Assembly: GCA_963702805.1 (NCBI GenBank) | Contig: CAVPEC010000006.1 | Location: forward strand, 2,749 to 66,748 | DNA from: an uncultured Actinomycetes bacterium | Lineage (GTDB): Bacteria > Actinomycetota > Thermoleophilia > Solirubrobacterales > 70-9 | DNA: 64,000 nucleotides | Direction of reading: 5' to 3' | Shown: piece by piece, positions 35,526 to 44,401 of the stretch | How positions within the stretch are numbered: position 1 is the first letter of the stretch | Layout: each line of letters starts with the position of its first letter | Position numbers and translations under genes: made by a program | The notes under the pieces: model-generated | What the model was told of the DNA's origin: nothing | Database searches by the model: none | What the model saw: the letters and a program-made list of their open reading frames with translations, nothing else

Positions 35526-36967
35526 TCCGCAGGCATTCCTCGTCGAGTCACCGCGGCGCCGCCACGCTTGCGGCGCTTGCCGTCCTCGCCCTGTGGGCGA
35601 TCGGGCCGCAGGCGGCGCACGCTGCGACCGCGAGCCTGCTCAAGGACATCAACCCCGGTCCCGCGAACGGCGTCTGCTGTGGCGCCCAGCTCCAACCCGC
35701 GAACGCCGCAGGCACACTCTTCTTCGGCGCCTACGACTCACAGCATGGAGGAGAGCTCTGGAAGTCGGACGGGACCGCGGCGGGAACCGTGCTCGTCGTC
35801 GACACCTCGCGCGGCGAACCGTACGTGGACGGCACCTACCCCGACGACATCACCGCCGTCGGCGCCACGGTCTTCTTCGGAGGTGAAGACCCGACCCACG
35901 GCTTCGAGCTCTGGAAGTCGGATGGAACGGCGAGCGGTACGACCTTGGTCAAGGACATCGCCACGAACCCCAACTCGGTCCCCTGGGAGGAAAGCTCCTA
36001 TCCCAGCCAGCTCACCGGCGTGGGCAACCAGCTCTTCTTCCTTGCCGACGACGGCGTCCACGGACAGGCGCTGTGGAGGTCTGACGGGACGGCGGCCGGT
36101 ACTACCCGGCTCGTCAAGGAGATCTATCCCAGAAGCCACATGATCGGCTACCGCGGCGAGCTCTACTTCGAGGGATTCGACTCCACTCACGGGAGGGAGC
36201 TGTGGAAGTCCGACGGCACGACCGCCGGGACGAGGCTCGTGAAGGACATCCTTCCGGGGAGCGCGGACTCCTACCCGTATGCCAATGGATCCGAGCCCCG
36301 GGACTTCATCAAGCTCGACGGCGCGCTCTACTTCAGCGCCCGGGACGCCGCCCACGGGCGCGAGCTGTGGAAGACGGACGGCACCGCCGCCGGGACGAAG
36401 CTCGTCGCGGACATCAATCCCGGGCGGCACGGCTCGCACCCCGATCAGTTCGCCGAGCACGCCGGCACGCTCTTCTTCGACGCGCAGAATCGCAAGGGCA
36501 ACAAGGAACTTTGGCGGTCGAGCGGCCGGGCCGCGGGGACGAGGATGGTCAAGGACATCAAACCTGGACGCGAGGGGTCGCGCCCCGTCGGGCTGACCAG
36601 CGTAGGCCCCCGGCTCTTCTTCCTGGCCGACGACGGCACCCACGGATATGAGGTCTGGAAGTCCGACGGCACAACCTCCGGGACGAGGCTGGTCATTGAC
36701 ATCGTCCCTGGGAAGGGCCACCCCTACCTGGACTGGCCCACGGGGGTCGGCAACACCCTCTTCTTCGGTGCCGACGACCATAGGCACGGGGAGGAGCTCT
36801 GGAGCTCAAACGGCACCACGGCCGGGACGCAGCTCGTCAGGGACATCTATCCCGGCAGGCAAAGGTCCGGGGGATACCCCACGGGTTTCAGGGAGTTCCA
36901 TGGCGCCCTCTTCTTCTGGGCGGACGACCCCACCCACGGGACCGAGCTCTGGAAGGCCGTTCCCTGA
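35522..36967 (+). CDS. Secreted ELWxxDGT-repeat protein
   Basis: This is an intact 481-aa ORF. The signal peptide ends AHA-A. There are eight full copies of the G-x-ELW-K/R-SDGT-x-AGT-x-LVKDI-x-PG unit plus a terminal truncated ELWKAVP. It is on the opposite strand to the flanking rpmA and obg. Confidence 0.85.
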   Translation: MIRRHSSSSHRGAATLAALAVLALWAIGPQAAHAATASLLKDINPGPANGVCCGAQLQPANAAGTLFFGAYDSQHGGELWKSDGTAAGTVLVVDTSRGEPYVDGTYPDDITAVGATVFFGGEDPTHGFELWKSDGTASGTTLVKDIATNPNSVPWEESSYPSQLTGVGNQLFFLADDGVHGQALWRSDGTAAGTTRLVKEIYPRSHMIGYRGELYFEGFDSTHGRELWKSDGTTAGTRLVKDILPGSADSYPYANGSEPRDFIKLDGALYFSARDAAHGRELWKTDGTAAGTKLVADINPGRHGSHPDQFAEHAGTLFFDAQNRKGNKELWRSSGRAAGTRMVKDIKPGREGSRPVGLTSVGPRLFFLADDGTHGYEVWKSDGTTSGTRLVIDIVPGKGHPYLDWPTGVGNTLFFGADDHRHGEELWSSNGTTAGTQLVRDIYPGRQRSGGYPTGFREFHGALFFWADDPTHGTELWKAVP

Positions 36968-36970
36968 GGC

Positions 36971-37225
36971 TCAGTCGTCGGCGGCGACCGAGACGGTGCG
37001 GCCCTTGTGGCCGTCCTTGAACTCGACCACGCCGGGGCGGGTGGCGAAGATGGTGTGGTCACGGCCCAGGCCGGTGCCGTCGCCGGGGCGAAAGCGGGTG
37101 CCGCGCTGGCGCACGATGATCTCGCCTCCGCCGACCTTCTGGCCGGCGAAGATCTTGACCCCCAGGTACTTGGGGTTCGAGTCGCGCCCGTTGCGGCTTG
37201 AGCCGAGTCCCTTCTTGTGCGCCAT
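36971..37225 (-). CDS. rpmA: 50S ribosomal protein L27
   Basis: [31 protein letters not shown]... is intact at 84 aa. The RBS GAAGGAGA lies upstream. Confidence 0.95.
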   Translation of the reverse strand: MAHKKGLGSSRNGRDSNPKYLGVKIFAGQKVGGGEIIVRQRGTRFRPGDGTGLGRDHTIFATRPGVVEFKDGHKGRTVSVAADD

Positions 37226-37237
37226 CAGGTCTCCTTC

Positions 37238-37778
37238 TTAGCAGATGACGATCTGCGAGCCGTCGGGTCTTGCGGGCCGCCGGCTTCTTGGCGGCGGGCT
37301 TCTTGGCCGCCGGCTTCTTCGCGGCGGGCTTCTTCGCGGCGGGCTTCTTGGCCGCCGGCTTCTTGGCCGCCGGCTTCGCCTCGGCTGCCGCCGCCGGCTT
37401 CGCCTCGGCCTGCGCCGCCGGCTTCGTCTCCGCCTTCGCCGCCGGCTTGCGGGTCAAGAGCTTGACGTCGGTCACCTCGAGCCTCGTCAGCTCCTGGCGG
37501 TGGCCGGCGTGGCGCCGGTAGCCCTTCTTCGGCTTGTACTTGAAGATCCGCACCTTCGGGCCCCGCAGGTGCTCGGCGACCACCGCCTCGACCTTCACCT
37601 TCTCGAGCTCGGCGCCTTCGAGCACGACCTCCTTGTCGCCGCGGTACATGACCGCGCGCAGGCTGACCTTGGCGCCCTCGTCGGCAGCCAGGTGCTCGAC
37701 CACCAGGCTGGCGCCCTTCTCGGCGCGGTACTGCTTGCCGCCCGATTCGACTATCGCGTAGCTAGTTCTGGTCGCCAT
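37238..37778 (-). CDS. rplU: 50S ribosomal protein L21 with a Lys/Ala/Pro-rich C-terminal extension (probable frameshift near the stop)
   Basis: The L21 core is MATRTSYAIVESGGKQYRAEKG...VRIFKYKPKKGYRRHAGHRQELTRLEV. The tail KPAAKAETKPAAQAEAKPAA followed by (PAAKK)x6 comes next. The in-frame stop is missing. A TAA at 37240-37238 in a shifted frame, followed by the rpmA RBS, is the likely true stop. Confidence 0.85.
37272..37450. repeat. Tandem 15-nt coding repeat (GCSGCSGGCTTCTTS on the plus strand) encoding the PAAKK units of the L21 tail
   Basis: About six near-identical units lie at 37275-37365. They degenerate into GGCTTCGCCTCGGCY units out to ~37450. Confidence 0.8.
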
Positions 37779-39762
37779 TGGATTTGGAGCCGTTCTGCGC
37801 CCTGGCGCCGGAACGGCGCCTGCCGCCTCTCCGGCCGCGGCGCCGTCGGGAGGGCGCCGATTGTACGGAGCCATCATCGGCCGCGCCCGGAGCTTCGCCT
37901 GCGGAACCCGGGTCCGTGGCGGGTTGGGCGTTCGGCTCGCCGACAAGCGATGCTGTCGCCGCCGAGCGCCCGACGCTCTCGATCCGCACCAGGCGTCGAT
38001 CGCCGACGAAGCGCCCGCCGCCGGTGACGCTGACGATGTACGAGTCCACCCGGGCGACCGCGTCGTCGACGTTGTACATGTGCGGCTCCTCGATCCGCAA
38101 CAGGACCTCCTCCCCGACCTGGAACGGGAGCGCACGCTCCTCGATCTCGGCCCGGGTGCCCTGGTCGACGACCTCGAAGGTGTCCAGCGGCAGCGCGTCG
38201 CCGCCCTCGAAGTGGAAGTGCTTGCCGGACTCCTCCTCGAGCTCGTGCAGAGGGCTGTCCTCCCGCAGGAGCTCCGCGGCCACCCGGGGATTCACTCGCA
38301 CCAGGAAGGCTTCCGGGCCGCCACTCTTGGGGCTGCCGTCGACCACGTCGCGAAGCCGGCGCACGACCTGGATCGCCACCGTCTCCTCGGACTCGACCAC
38401 GCCCTCGCCGTCACAGGTCGGGCACCGCTTGGTGAGGATCTCGCGCACCCCGTCGGTGACGTTCTGGCGCGTCATCTCGACCAGGCCGAGCGGCGAGACG
38501 TCCATCACGTAGCTCTTGGTCTTGTCCGCGTCGAGGGCCCTGCGCAGCGTCTTCAGGACCTGGTCGCGGTTTCGCGCCCGCGCCATGTCGATGAAGTCGA
38601 TGACGATGATCCCGCCGATGTCGCGGAGGCGAAGCTGGCGCACGACCTCGTCCGCAGCCTCGACGTTGACCTTGGTGATCGTGTCCTCCAGCCGCCCCTT
38701 GCCGCGGCCGGTGAAGCTGCCCGTGTTGACGTCGATCACGGTCAGCGCCTCCGCGTAGTCGATCATCAGATAGCCGCCCGAGTTCAGCTCGACCCGGCGC
38801 GAGAGCACCGACTGGTACGACTCCTCGACGCCCATGCGCTCGAACAGCGGCTCGCGGTCCGTGTACAGCTCCGCCAAGGGAACGAGCTCCGGCGCCGTGC
38901 GCTGGAAGAAGCTGGTCACCCGGTGGTGCTGCTTGGGGTCGTCGATGATCGCCCGGTCGAACTCCTTGGTCAGGACGTCGCGCAGGACGCGGATCGAGAG
39001 GTCGGCCTCCTGGAACACCATGTCCGGGGCCTTGACCTCCGCGGCGCGTCGCTGGACGACCTCGTACAGCTTGCGCAGGTAGTCGATGTCGCGCTCGAAG
39101 TCGGCCTTGCGAGCGCCCTGGGCGGCGGTGCGGACGATCACGCCTCCCTCGCCGGTGTGGATGTTCTGGAGCAGCTTGCGCTGGCGCTCGCGCTCCGACT
39201 CGGAGAGTCGCCGGCTGGCTCCCACCCCGCCGCCCTGCGGCATGTAGACGAGGTAGCGGCCGGCGATCGAGAGCTGCATCGAGAGCCGCGCGCCCTTCGT
39301 CTTCAGCGGGTCCTTGACGACCTGGACCAGGACCTCCTGGCGCGGCTTGATCAGCTCGTCGATTCGCCGACCCTTGCCGCGGCCGCGGCGCGGCGCGGCC
39401 TCGCCGCCCGGAAGGACGATCTCGTCCACGTGCAGGAAGCCGTTTCGGTCCAGGCCGATGTCGACGAAGGCGGCCTCCATGCCGGGGAGGACGTTGTCCA
39501 CGACCCCCTTGTAGATGTTGCCCACGATCGAGCGCTGGCCGCGGCGCTCGACGTAGAGCTCGCCGACCTTCCAATCGCCAGAACCGGAACGCGCGCCGTC
39601 CTCGGCTGCGCCTCCGGACGCTGCGCGGTTGCCGGTTGACTTGCCGCCGGCGCCACGGCGGCCACTACCACCGCCGCCACCTGCGCCGCCGGAGCCCTTG
39701 CTCTCCAGCACCGCGACGCGGGTCTCGCCGGCGTCGACTGAAACCAGTATTCGTTTTTTCAA
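37762..39762 (-). CDS. rne: Ribonuclease E/G family endoribonuclease
   Basis: This is an intact 666-aa ORF with a TTG start and a GAGGTGA RBS. The S1 domain reads GNIYKGVVDNVLPGMEAAFVDIG. The catalytic region reads GGYLMIDYAEALTVIDVNTG and GGIIVIDFIDM. The C-terminal tail is Arg-rich. Confidence 0.88.
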   Translation of the reverse strand: MKKRILVSVDAGETRVAVLESKGSGGAGGGGGSGRRGAGGKSTGNRAASGGAAEDGARSGSGDWKVGELYVERRGQRSIVGNIYKGVVDNVLPGMEAAFVDIGLDRNGFLHVDEIVLPGGEAAPRRGRGKGRRIDELIKPRQEVLVQVVKDPLKTKGARLSMQLSIAGRYLVYMPQGGGVGASRRLSESERERQRKLLQNIHTGEGGVIVRTAAQGARKADFERDIDYLRKLYEVVQRRAAEVKAPDMVFQEADLSIRVLRDVLTKEFDRAIIDDPKQHHRVTSFFQRTAPELVPLAELYTDREPLFERMGVEESYQSVLSRRVELNSGGYLMIDYAEALTVIDVNTGSFTGRGKGRLEDTITKVNVEAADEVVRQLRLRDIGGIIVIDFIDMARARNRDQVLKTLRRALDADKTKSYVMDVSPLGLVEMTRQNVTDGVREILTKRCPTCDGEGVVESEETVAIQVVRRLRDVVDGSPKSGGPEAFLVRVNPRVAAELLREDSPLHELEEESGKHFHFEGGDALPLDTFEVVDQGTRAEIEERALPFQVGEEVLLRIEEPHMYNVDDAVARVDSYIVSVTGGGRFVGDRRLVRIESVGRSAATASLVGEPNAQPATDPGSAGEAPGAADDGSVQSAPSRRRRGRRGGRRRSGARAQNGSKSNGDQN

Positions 39763-39795
39763 AGACTCACCTCAAGAGTTTGGGTCGAGATCCGC

Positions 39796-40989
39796 TCAGC
39801 GGAGCAGATCCGCCCTGCTCTTGGAGGTGAGCCGCGCCTGGACGTAGATGCTCTGCAGGAGGCCAACCGCCATCAACGTGACGACGACGGACGATCCTCC
39901 GAAGCTCATCAACGGTAACGGGATGCCGGTCACCGGCATGATTCCGATCGCCACACCGACGTTCACGAACACCTGGCACATGAACGTCGCGGCGATCGCG
40001 CCCGCTATCAAGCTCCCGTACAAGTTCTTCGAAAGCGTCATGATGCGCAGCGCCCTCCAAATCAGCAGGGCGTAGAGGGATAGGACGAAAGCAGCACCGA
40101 CGAAGCCGAATCGCTCTCCGACGACGGAGAAGATGAAGTCGGTGGTGCGGTCTGGGACGAAGCCGTTCTCGGTCTGCGTCGAGCCTGCTCCACGTCCCGT
40201 CTTGCTGCCGGACCCGATCGCGATCAGCGACTGATCTATCTGGTACGTCGCGTCGCGCGGGTCCGAGCTCGGGCTGAGGAACGACGTCAGCCGCTCCTGC
40301 TGGTAGCCCTTGAGGACCGGGTGGCCGATCGCCGGGGCGATCACCAGCACCGCCGACACGGCGGCGGCCAGCAGCACGCCCAGCATCGCGAAGTGCGTCC
40401 AACGCACCCCGGCCACGAACAGGATCGCGAGCGTGATCACCACGTAGGTGACCGCGGTCCCAAGGTCGGGCTGCATGAACACGATCACCGCCGGCACGAA
40501 CCCCAGCAGCAGGATTCGCGCCGTGTGCTGGCGTTCCGTGACGCGGCGGCCACGGTCGATCGCGAACCCGGCCAGGGCTGCGATCAGCAGCAGCTTGCCG
40601 AGCTCCGAGGGCTGGAATGTGAAGAAGGGAAGCTCTATCCATCGCTTGGAGCCGCGCGTGGCCTGGCCCAGAAGCAGCACCAAAATGATGCTGCCGATCA
40701 TCGCCGTGTAGAGGCCGACGCGTAACTCCCTGAAACGAGAGTAGTCGACTCGGGCCAGCGCCAGCATCAACGCGACGCCGATCACAGCGTAGATCGCCTG
40801 GCGGATGACGTAGAAATAGGGGTCGTGGGGGATGTCGCCACCCGTCACTTCGCCGAGCGTGAAGATGCCGAAGCCGATCAGGCCGAGGGCGGCGATCAGG
40901 AGCAACGGGTCGAGGCCGAGCAGGCCGCCGCGCTCGGCGGCGGCCGGGCGTCGCTCGTCGAAGGGGCGGGGATAGGCGTCAGAGACCAT
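39796..40989 (-). CDS. rodA: Rod-shape-determining SEDS glycosyltransferase RodA
   Basis: This is an intact 397-aa ORF. FQPSELGKLLLIAALA, TDFIFSVVGERFGFVG and IGIMPVTGIPLPLMSFGGSS are present. The ATG overlaps the mrdA stop. Confidence 0.9.
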   Translation of the reverse strand: MVSDAYPRPFDERRPAAAERGGLLGLDPLLLIAALGLIGFGIFTLGEVTGGDIPHDPYFYVIRQAIYAVIGVALMLALARVDYSRFRELRVGLYTAMIGSIILVLLLGQATRGSKRWIELPFFTFQPSELGKLLLIAALAGFAIDRGRRVTERQHTARILLLGFVPAVIVFMQPDLGTAVTYVVITLAILFVAGVRWTHFAMLGVLLAAAVSAVLVIAPAIGHPVLKGYQQERLTSFLSPSSDPRDATYQIDQSLIAIGSGSKTGRGAGSTQTENGFVPDRTTDFIFSVVGERFGFVGAAFVLSLYALLIWRALRIMTLSKNLYGSLIAGAIAATFMCQVFVNVGVAIGIMPVTGIPLPLMSFGGSSVVVTLMAVGLLQSIYVQARLTSKSRADLLR

Positions 40990-42914
40990 CAGTACGGGTT
41001 CCCCGCGGACCCGCTCACTCCCGATCCCGCCTGAAGCGGGACCTGCTTGGGGACCTTGCCTCCGGCGGCCTTGGCCTCCTGCTTGTGCACGGTGAAGTAG
41101 GCGTCGAGGATCTGGCGCGCCACGGGCGCCGCGGAGTCGACTCCGAACCCGCCCTGCTCGATCGTCGCCGCGACGACGATCTGCGGGTTGGGATACGGCG
41201 CCAGAGCCATGTACCAAGACTGGTCCGCCTGGCCGGGGCGCTGCGCGGTGCCCGTCTTGCCGGCCATCGGGATGGGGAAGTTGCCGAACACGGCGTAGGA
41301 CGTTCCGCCCGGCGACTGGGCGGCCATGTGGATCCCCTCGAGGATCGCCTGCCGGTACTGCGGGGCGATGTCGAGGTGGCGCTGCGGCGCGGGGTCGATC
41401 TCCTGCACCGCGCGGCCGCTGGAGTCCTCGACGTCCATCCCGACATGCGGCCGCACGACGTCGCCGCCGTTGGCGATCGCCGCGTAGGCGACCGCCATCT
41501 GGAGCGGGTTGGTCTGCAGGTCTCCCTGGCCGACCGCGAGGTTGACGTTGTCGCCCTCCGACCATGGCCGGTCGGTGTTGCCCTCCTTGTAGAGCTGGTC
41601 GCGCCACTGCGGCGTTGGCAACAGCCCCGCGACCTCCCCGGGAAGGTCGATCCCGGTGGGGTGGCCGATCCCGAGGTCTGATGCCCACTTCTGCTGGGCG
41701 CCATTCCCGTGGAAGAAGAGATCGGCGCCCACGTTGTAGAAGAAGACGTCGGAGGAGACCTGGAGCGCCTGCGGGAGCTGGAGCGCACCGTAGGCGCCGC
41801 GCCCGGCGTTGTGAAGCGTGATCCCGCCCTCCGTGAACGACCCTCCGTCGACGATGGTCGTGGTCGGCGTCAGCACGCCGCTCTCCAGGGCCGCGACCGC
41901 GGTGATCGGCTTGAACGTCGATCCCGTCGGGTAGTACCCCTGGGTCGCTCGGTCGGTGTACGGAGAGCCGGTCGTGTCCGAGAACACCTGGTCGACCACC
42001 GCCTGCGAGAGCACCGGCTTCGTGAACACCGAGGGGTCATAGGTGGGCGAGGAGCCGAGGCCCAGGATCTCGCCGTTCTTCACGTTCATGGCCACGAAGG
42101 CGCCGGGGTGAGGGAATCCGTCGATCGCGGCCTGCCCCGCGTTCTGGACCCGGCTGTCGATCGAGAGCAGGAGGTTGTCTCCGGCCTGGGGCTGAGTCCG
42201 GTTCAGCACCCCACCCGTGGGCTGGCCCTGGGCGTCGACCTGGACGCGAGTCATGCCGTTGATTCCCCGCAGGACGTTGTCGTAGGTGTTCTCGACCCCC
42301 GCCTGGCCAACCTGATCGCCAGGCTGCACCCCCTGGTAGCGGGGCTCCTTGAGCTGCTCGCTCGTGACCTCGCGGGCGTAGCCCAGGATCTGCGCCGCCT
42401 CCGAACCGTTCGGATAGTTGCGGACGTAGACCTTCTGGACGCTGATCCCGGGGTACTGGGCCTGGTTCTCCTGGAGGTAGTAGACGAGGTCGTAGTCGAC
42501 GTCGCGCTTCAGAGTCACAGGGTTCGCCGGCAGGTCCTTGGTCTGCTGGTGGAGCTGCTTGGAGATCCCGTGGGGCGACATGCCGACCACCGGCGCCAGT
42601 CGCTCGAACTCCTGCTTGCGCTTGCGGTGCGAGCGTGGCAGCTCAGTGGGTTGGAGCTGGAGCGCCAGCGCGGTCCGGTTGTCCACCAGGACGTGCCCGT
42701 TGCGATCGAGGATCTGGCCGCGCGGGGCCTGCACCGTCACCTCGCGGACCTGGTTGTTCTTGGCCTGCTTCAGGTACTTGTCGCCGGAGAGCACCTGCAG
42801 GTACCAGAGGCGGAAGAAGATGATCGAGAACATCACCAGCGCGAAGCCGCTGAGGATGGCGACGCGCAGCGCGAACTGCGCCGGCATCAACGGTCGCTCG
42901 CGCTCGCCGAACAT
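40989..42914 (-). CDS. mrdA: Penicillin-binding protein 2 (elongasome transpeptidase)
   Basis: This is an intact 641-aa reading frame. It has an N-terminal transmembrane segment, the SxxK motif (GSTFKP) and KTGT. Confidence 0.9.
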   Translation of the reverse strand: MFGERERPLMPAQFALRVAILSGFALVMFSIIFFRLWYLQVLSGDKYLKQAKNNQVREVTVQAPRGQILDRNGHVLVDNRTALALQLQPTELPRSHRKRKQEFERLAPVVGMSPHGISKQLHQQTKDLPANPVTLKRDVDYDLVYYLQENQAQYPGISVQKVYVRNYPNGSEAAQILGYAREVTSEQLKEPRYQGVQPGDQVGQAGVENTYDNVLRGINGMTRVQVDAQGQPTGGVLNRTQPQAGDNLLLSIDSRVQNAGQAAIDGFPHPGAFVAMNVKNGEILGLGSSPTYDPSVFTKPVLSQAVVDQVFSDTTGSPYTDRATQGYYPTGSTFKPITAVAALESGVLTPTTTIVDGGSFTEGGITLHNAGRGAYGALQLPQALQVSSDVFFYNVGADLFFHGNGAQQKWASDLGIGHPTGIDLPGEVAGLLPTPQWRDQLYKEGNTDRPWSEGDNVNLAVGQGDLQTNPLQMAVAYAAIANGGDVVRPHVGMDVEDSSGRAVQEIDPAPQRHLDIAPQYRQAILEGIHMAAQSPGGTSYAVFGNFPIPMAGKTGTAQRPGQADQSWYMALAPYPNPQIVVAATIEQGGFGVDSAAPVARQILDAYFTVHKQEAKAAGGKVPKQVPLQAGSGVSGSAGNPY

Positions 42915-43527
42915 CACCGCCCCAAGACCCCCGCCGTACGCCGCATCCGCCGCCCACGACGGGTGCGGCGTGGCCGCGTCGCGCCCGGGGTCAGCGGCGT
43001 CCTGGCGCCGCTGACGACCATGTCGTCGACGATCGCCGGACGCAGGACGCGGCGGATCAACGGGTAGATCGGAATCATCAACAGCACCGCCAGAAGGCCC
43101 TGGACGAAGATCTCTCTGAGCACCAGGAGGCTGACCTGCGTGCGGACGCCCAGCATCAGCTGAATCGCGGCAAAGCCCGCCGCTGCGCCGGTCGTCAGCG
43201 CCCCGGCCAGCAGCGGGGGGATCAGCGAGTTGGAGATCTCGGCGCCCTCGCGGTAGCGGCCGGCCAGGTAGCCGGCGGACAGCAGGACCAGGGACGACAC
43301 ACCGAGCGTCTGAAGCAGCGCCGAGTCGAGCAGGAACCCGCCGGTGAAGCCGCACACCGCTCCGACCATCCCGCCGCCGAGCAGGCCCAGCGAGACGACC
43401 ACGAGCGGAACCACGTTCGGCGTCGTCCCGAAGAAGCTCAGGTACGAGAAGAACGAGATCTGCAGCACGATGGTGAGCGACGACGATCACGCGCGATCCG
43501 GATGCCGATCCGCCAGGTGACGATCAT
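42914..43527 (-). CDS. mreD: Rod-shape protein MreD (frameshift near the N-terminus)
   Basis: The hydrophobic profile includes VVPLVVVSLGLLGGGMVGAVCGFTGGFLLD. The ATG at 43527 overlaps the mreC stop (ATGA). The position between mreC and mrdA fits. Confidence 0.7.
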
Positions 43528-44396
43528 CCAGGCACTCCCGGGCGCTTCGGCCCGCCGGTGGCGACCTGGACGTAGTCGAGCCCGCGGATGTCGGCGAACG
43601 GCGTCACGTGCACTCGCTGGTAGGTCTGCTGCTCGCCCACAGTGGTCTCACTGACCTTGCCGATGGGGATTCCGGGCGGGAAGGCCGAGGAGATCGCGCC
43701 GTTGCTCCAGCCCGCCGTGACCAGGATCTGCCCCTTGTGGATCGGCTGGCTCTTGTCGATGAAGTCGAGCAGCAGGTCGCTGGGATCGCCCACCTCGGGC
43801 TCCGCCACGCCCTCGGGGCCGTCGGGCAGCACCCTGGCCGAGACGGCGCTGCGGTCGTCGGTGATCAGCGTCACCTCCGCCGTGCTGTGGGTGAGGTCCG
43901 TGATCCGGCCGGCGAGCCCGTCCCCGGTGACGACCGGGTCGTTCATCTTCACCCCGTCGCCGGAGCCCTTGTCGATCGTCGCGGTCGAGTACCAGACGGT
44001 CGGGGAGCGCCCGATGACGCGCGCGGTCACCGGCGTGTAGCCGGCCAGCGTCCCCGCCCTGTCGAGGCCGAGCAGCTTGCGCAGCTGCTGGTTCTCGCCC
44101 TGGGCGCCCTGCGCCCTGGCGAGCTGGTTGCGAAGGTCCTGGTTCTCGGCCTTCAGGTCCGAGTTCGTGCCACGCGCCTTGAAGGTCTCGTCAACCCAGT
44201 TGATCAGGTCACGGGCCGGCTTCAGCGCCCGGGTGGCGCCCTCTTCCATCGGCCCGAAGACGGACGCGACGGCGCGCTGCACCGAGTGCAGCGGGCCGCC
44301 GTCACGCTCCGAGAACTGGGTCGACAGCAGGACAAGCGCCGCGACGATCAGGAGCACCAGGATCGCTCGGCGCCTTCTTACCTGCTTGCGGTACAC
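43524..44396 (-). CDS. mreC: Rod-shape protein MreC
   Basis: This ORF is intact. The GTG start is 5 nt after the mreB stop. It has an N-terminal transmembrane segment, a coiled coil (LKAENQDLRNQLARAQ) and beta domains (VVTGDGLAGRITD, ILVTAG...FPPGIPIGKV). Confidence 0.88.
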   Translation of the reverse strand: MYRKQVRRRRAILVLLIVAALVLLSTQFSERDGGPLHSVQRAVASVFGPMEEGATRALKPARDLINWVDETFKARGTNSDLKAENQDLRNQLARAQGAQGENQQLRKLLGLDRAGTLAGYTPVTARVIGRSPTVWYSTATIDKGSGDGVKMNDPVVTGDGLAGRITDLTHSTAEVTLITDDRSAVSARVLPDGPEGVAEPEVGDPSDLLLDFIDKSQPIHKGQILVTAGWSNGAISSAFPPGIPIGKVSETTVGEQQTYQRVHVTPFADIRGLDYVQVATGGPKRPGVPG

Positions 44397-44401
44397 GGCG
44401 C

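Noticed and set aside
37272-37450. Regularly spaced short repeats that might suggest a CRISPR-like or minisatellite array
   Set aside because: The period is 15 nt with no spacers. The repeats are in frame and encode the PAAKK tail of L21. No cas genes are present.
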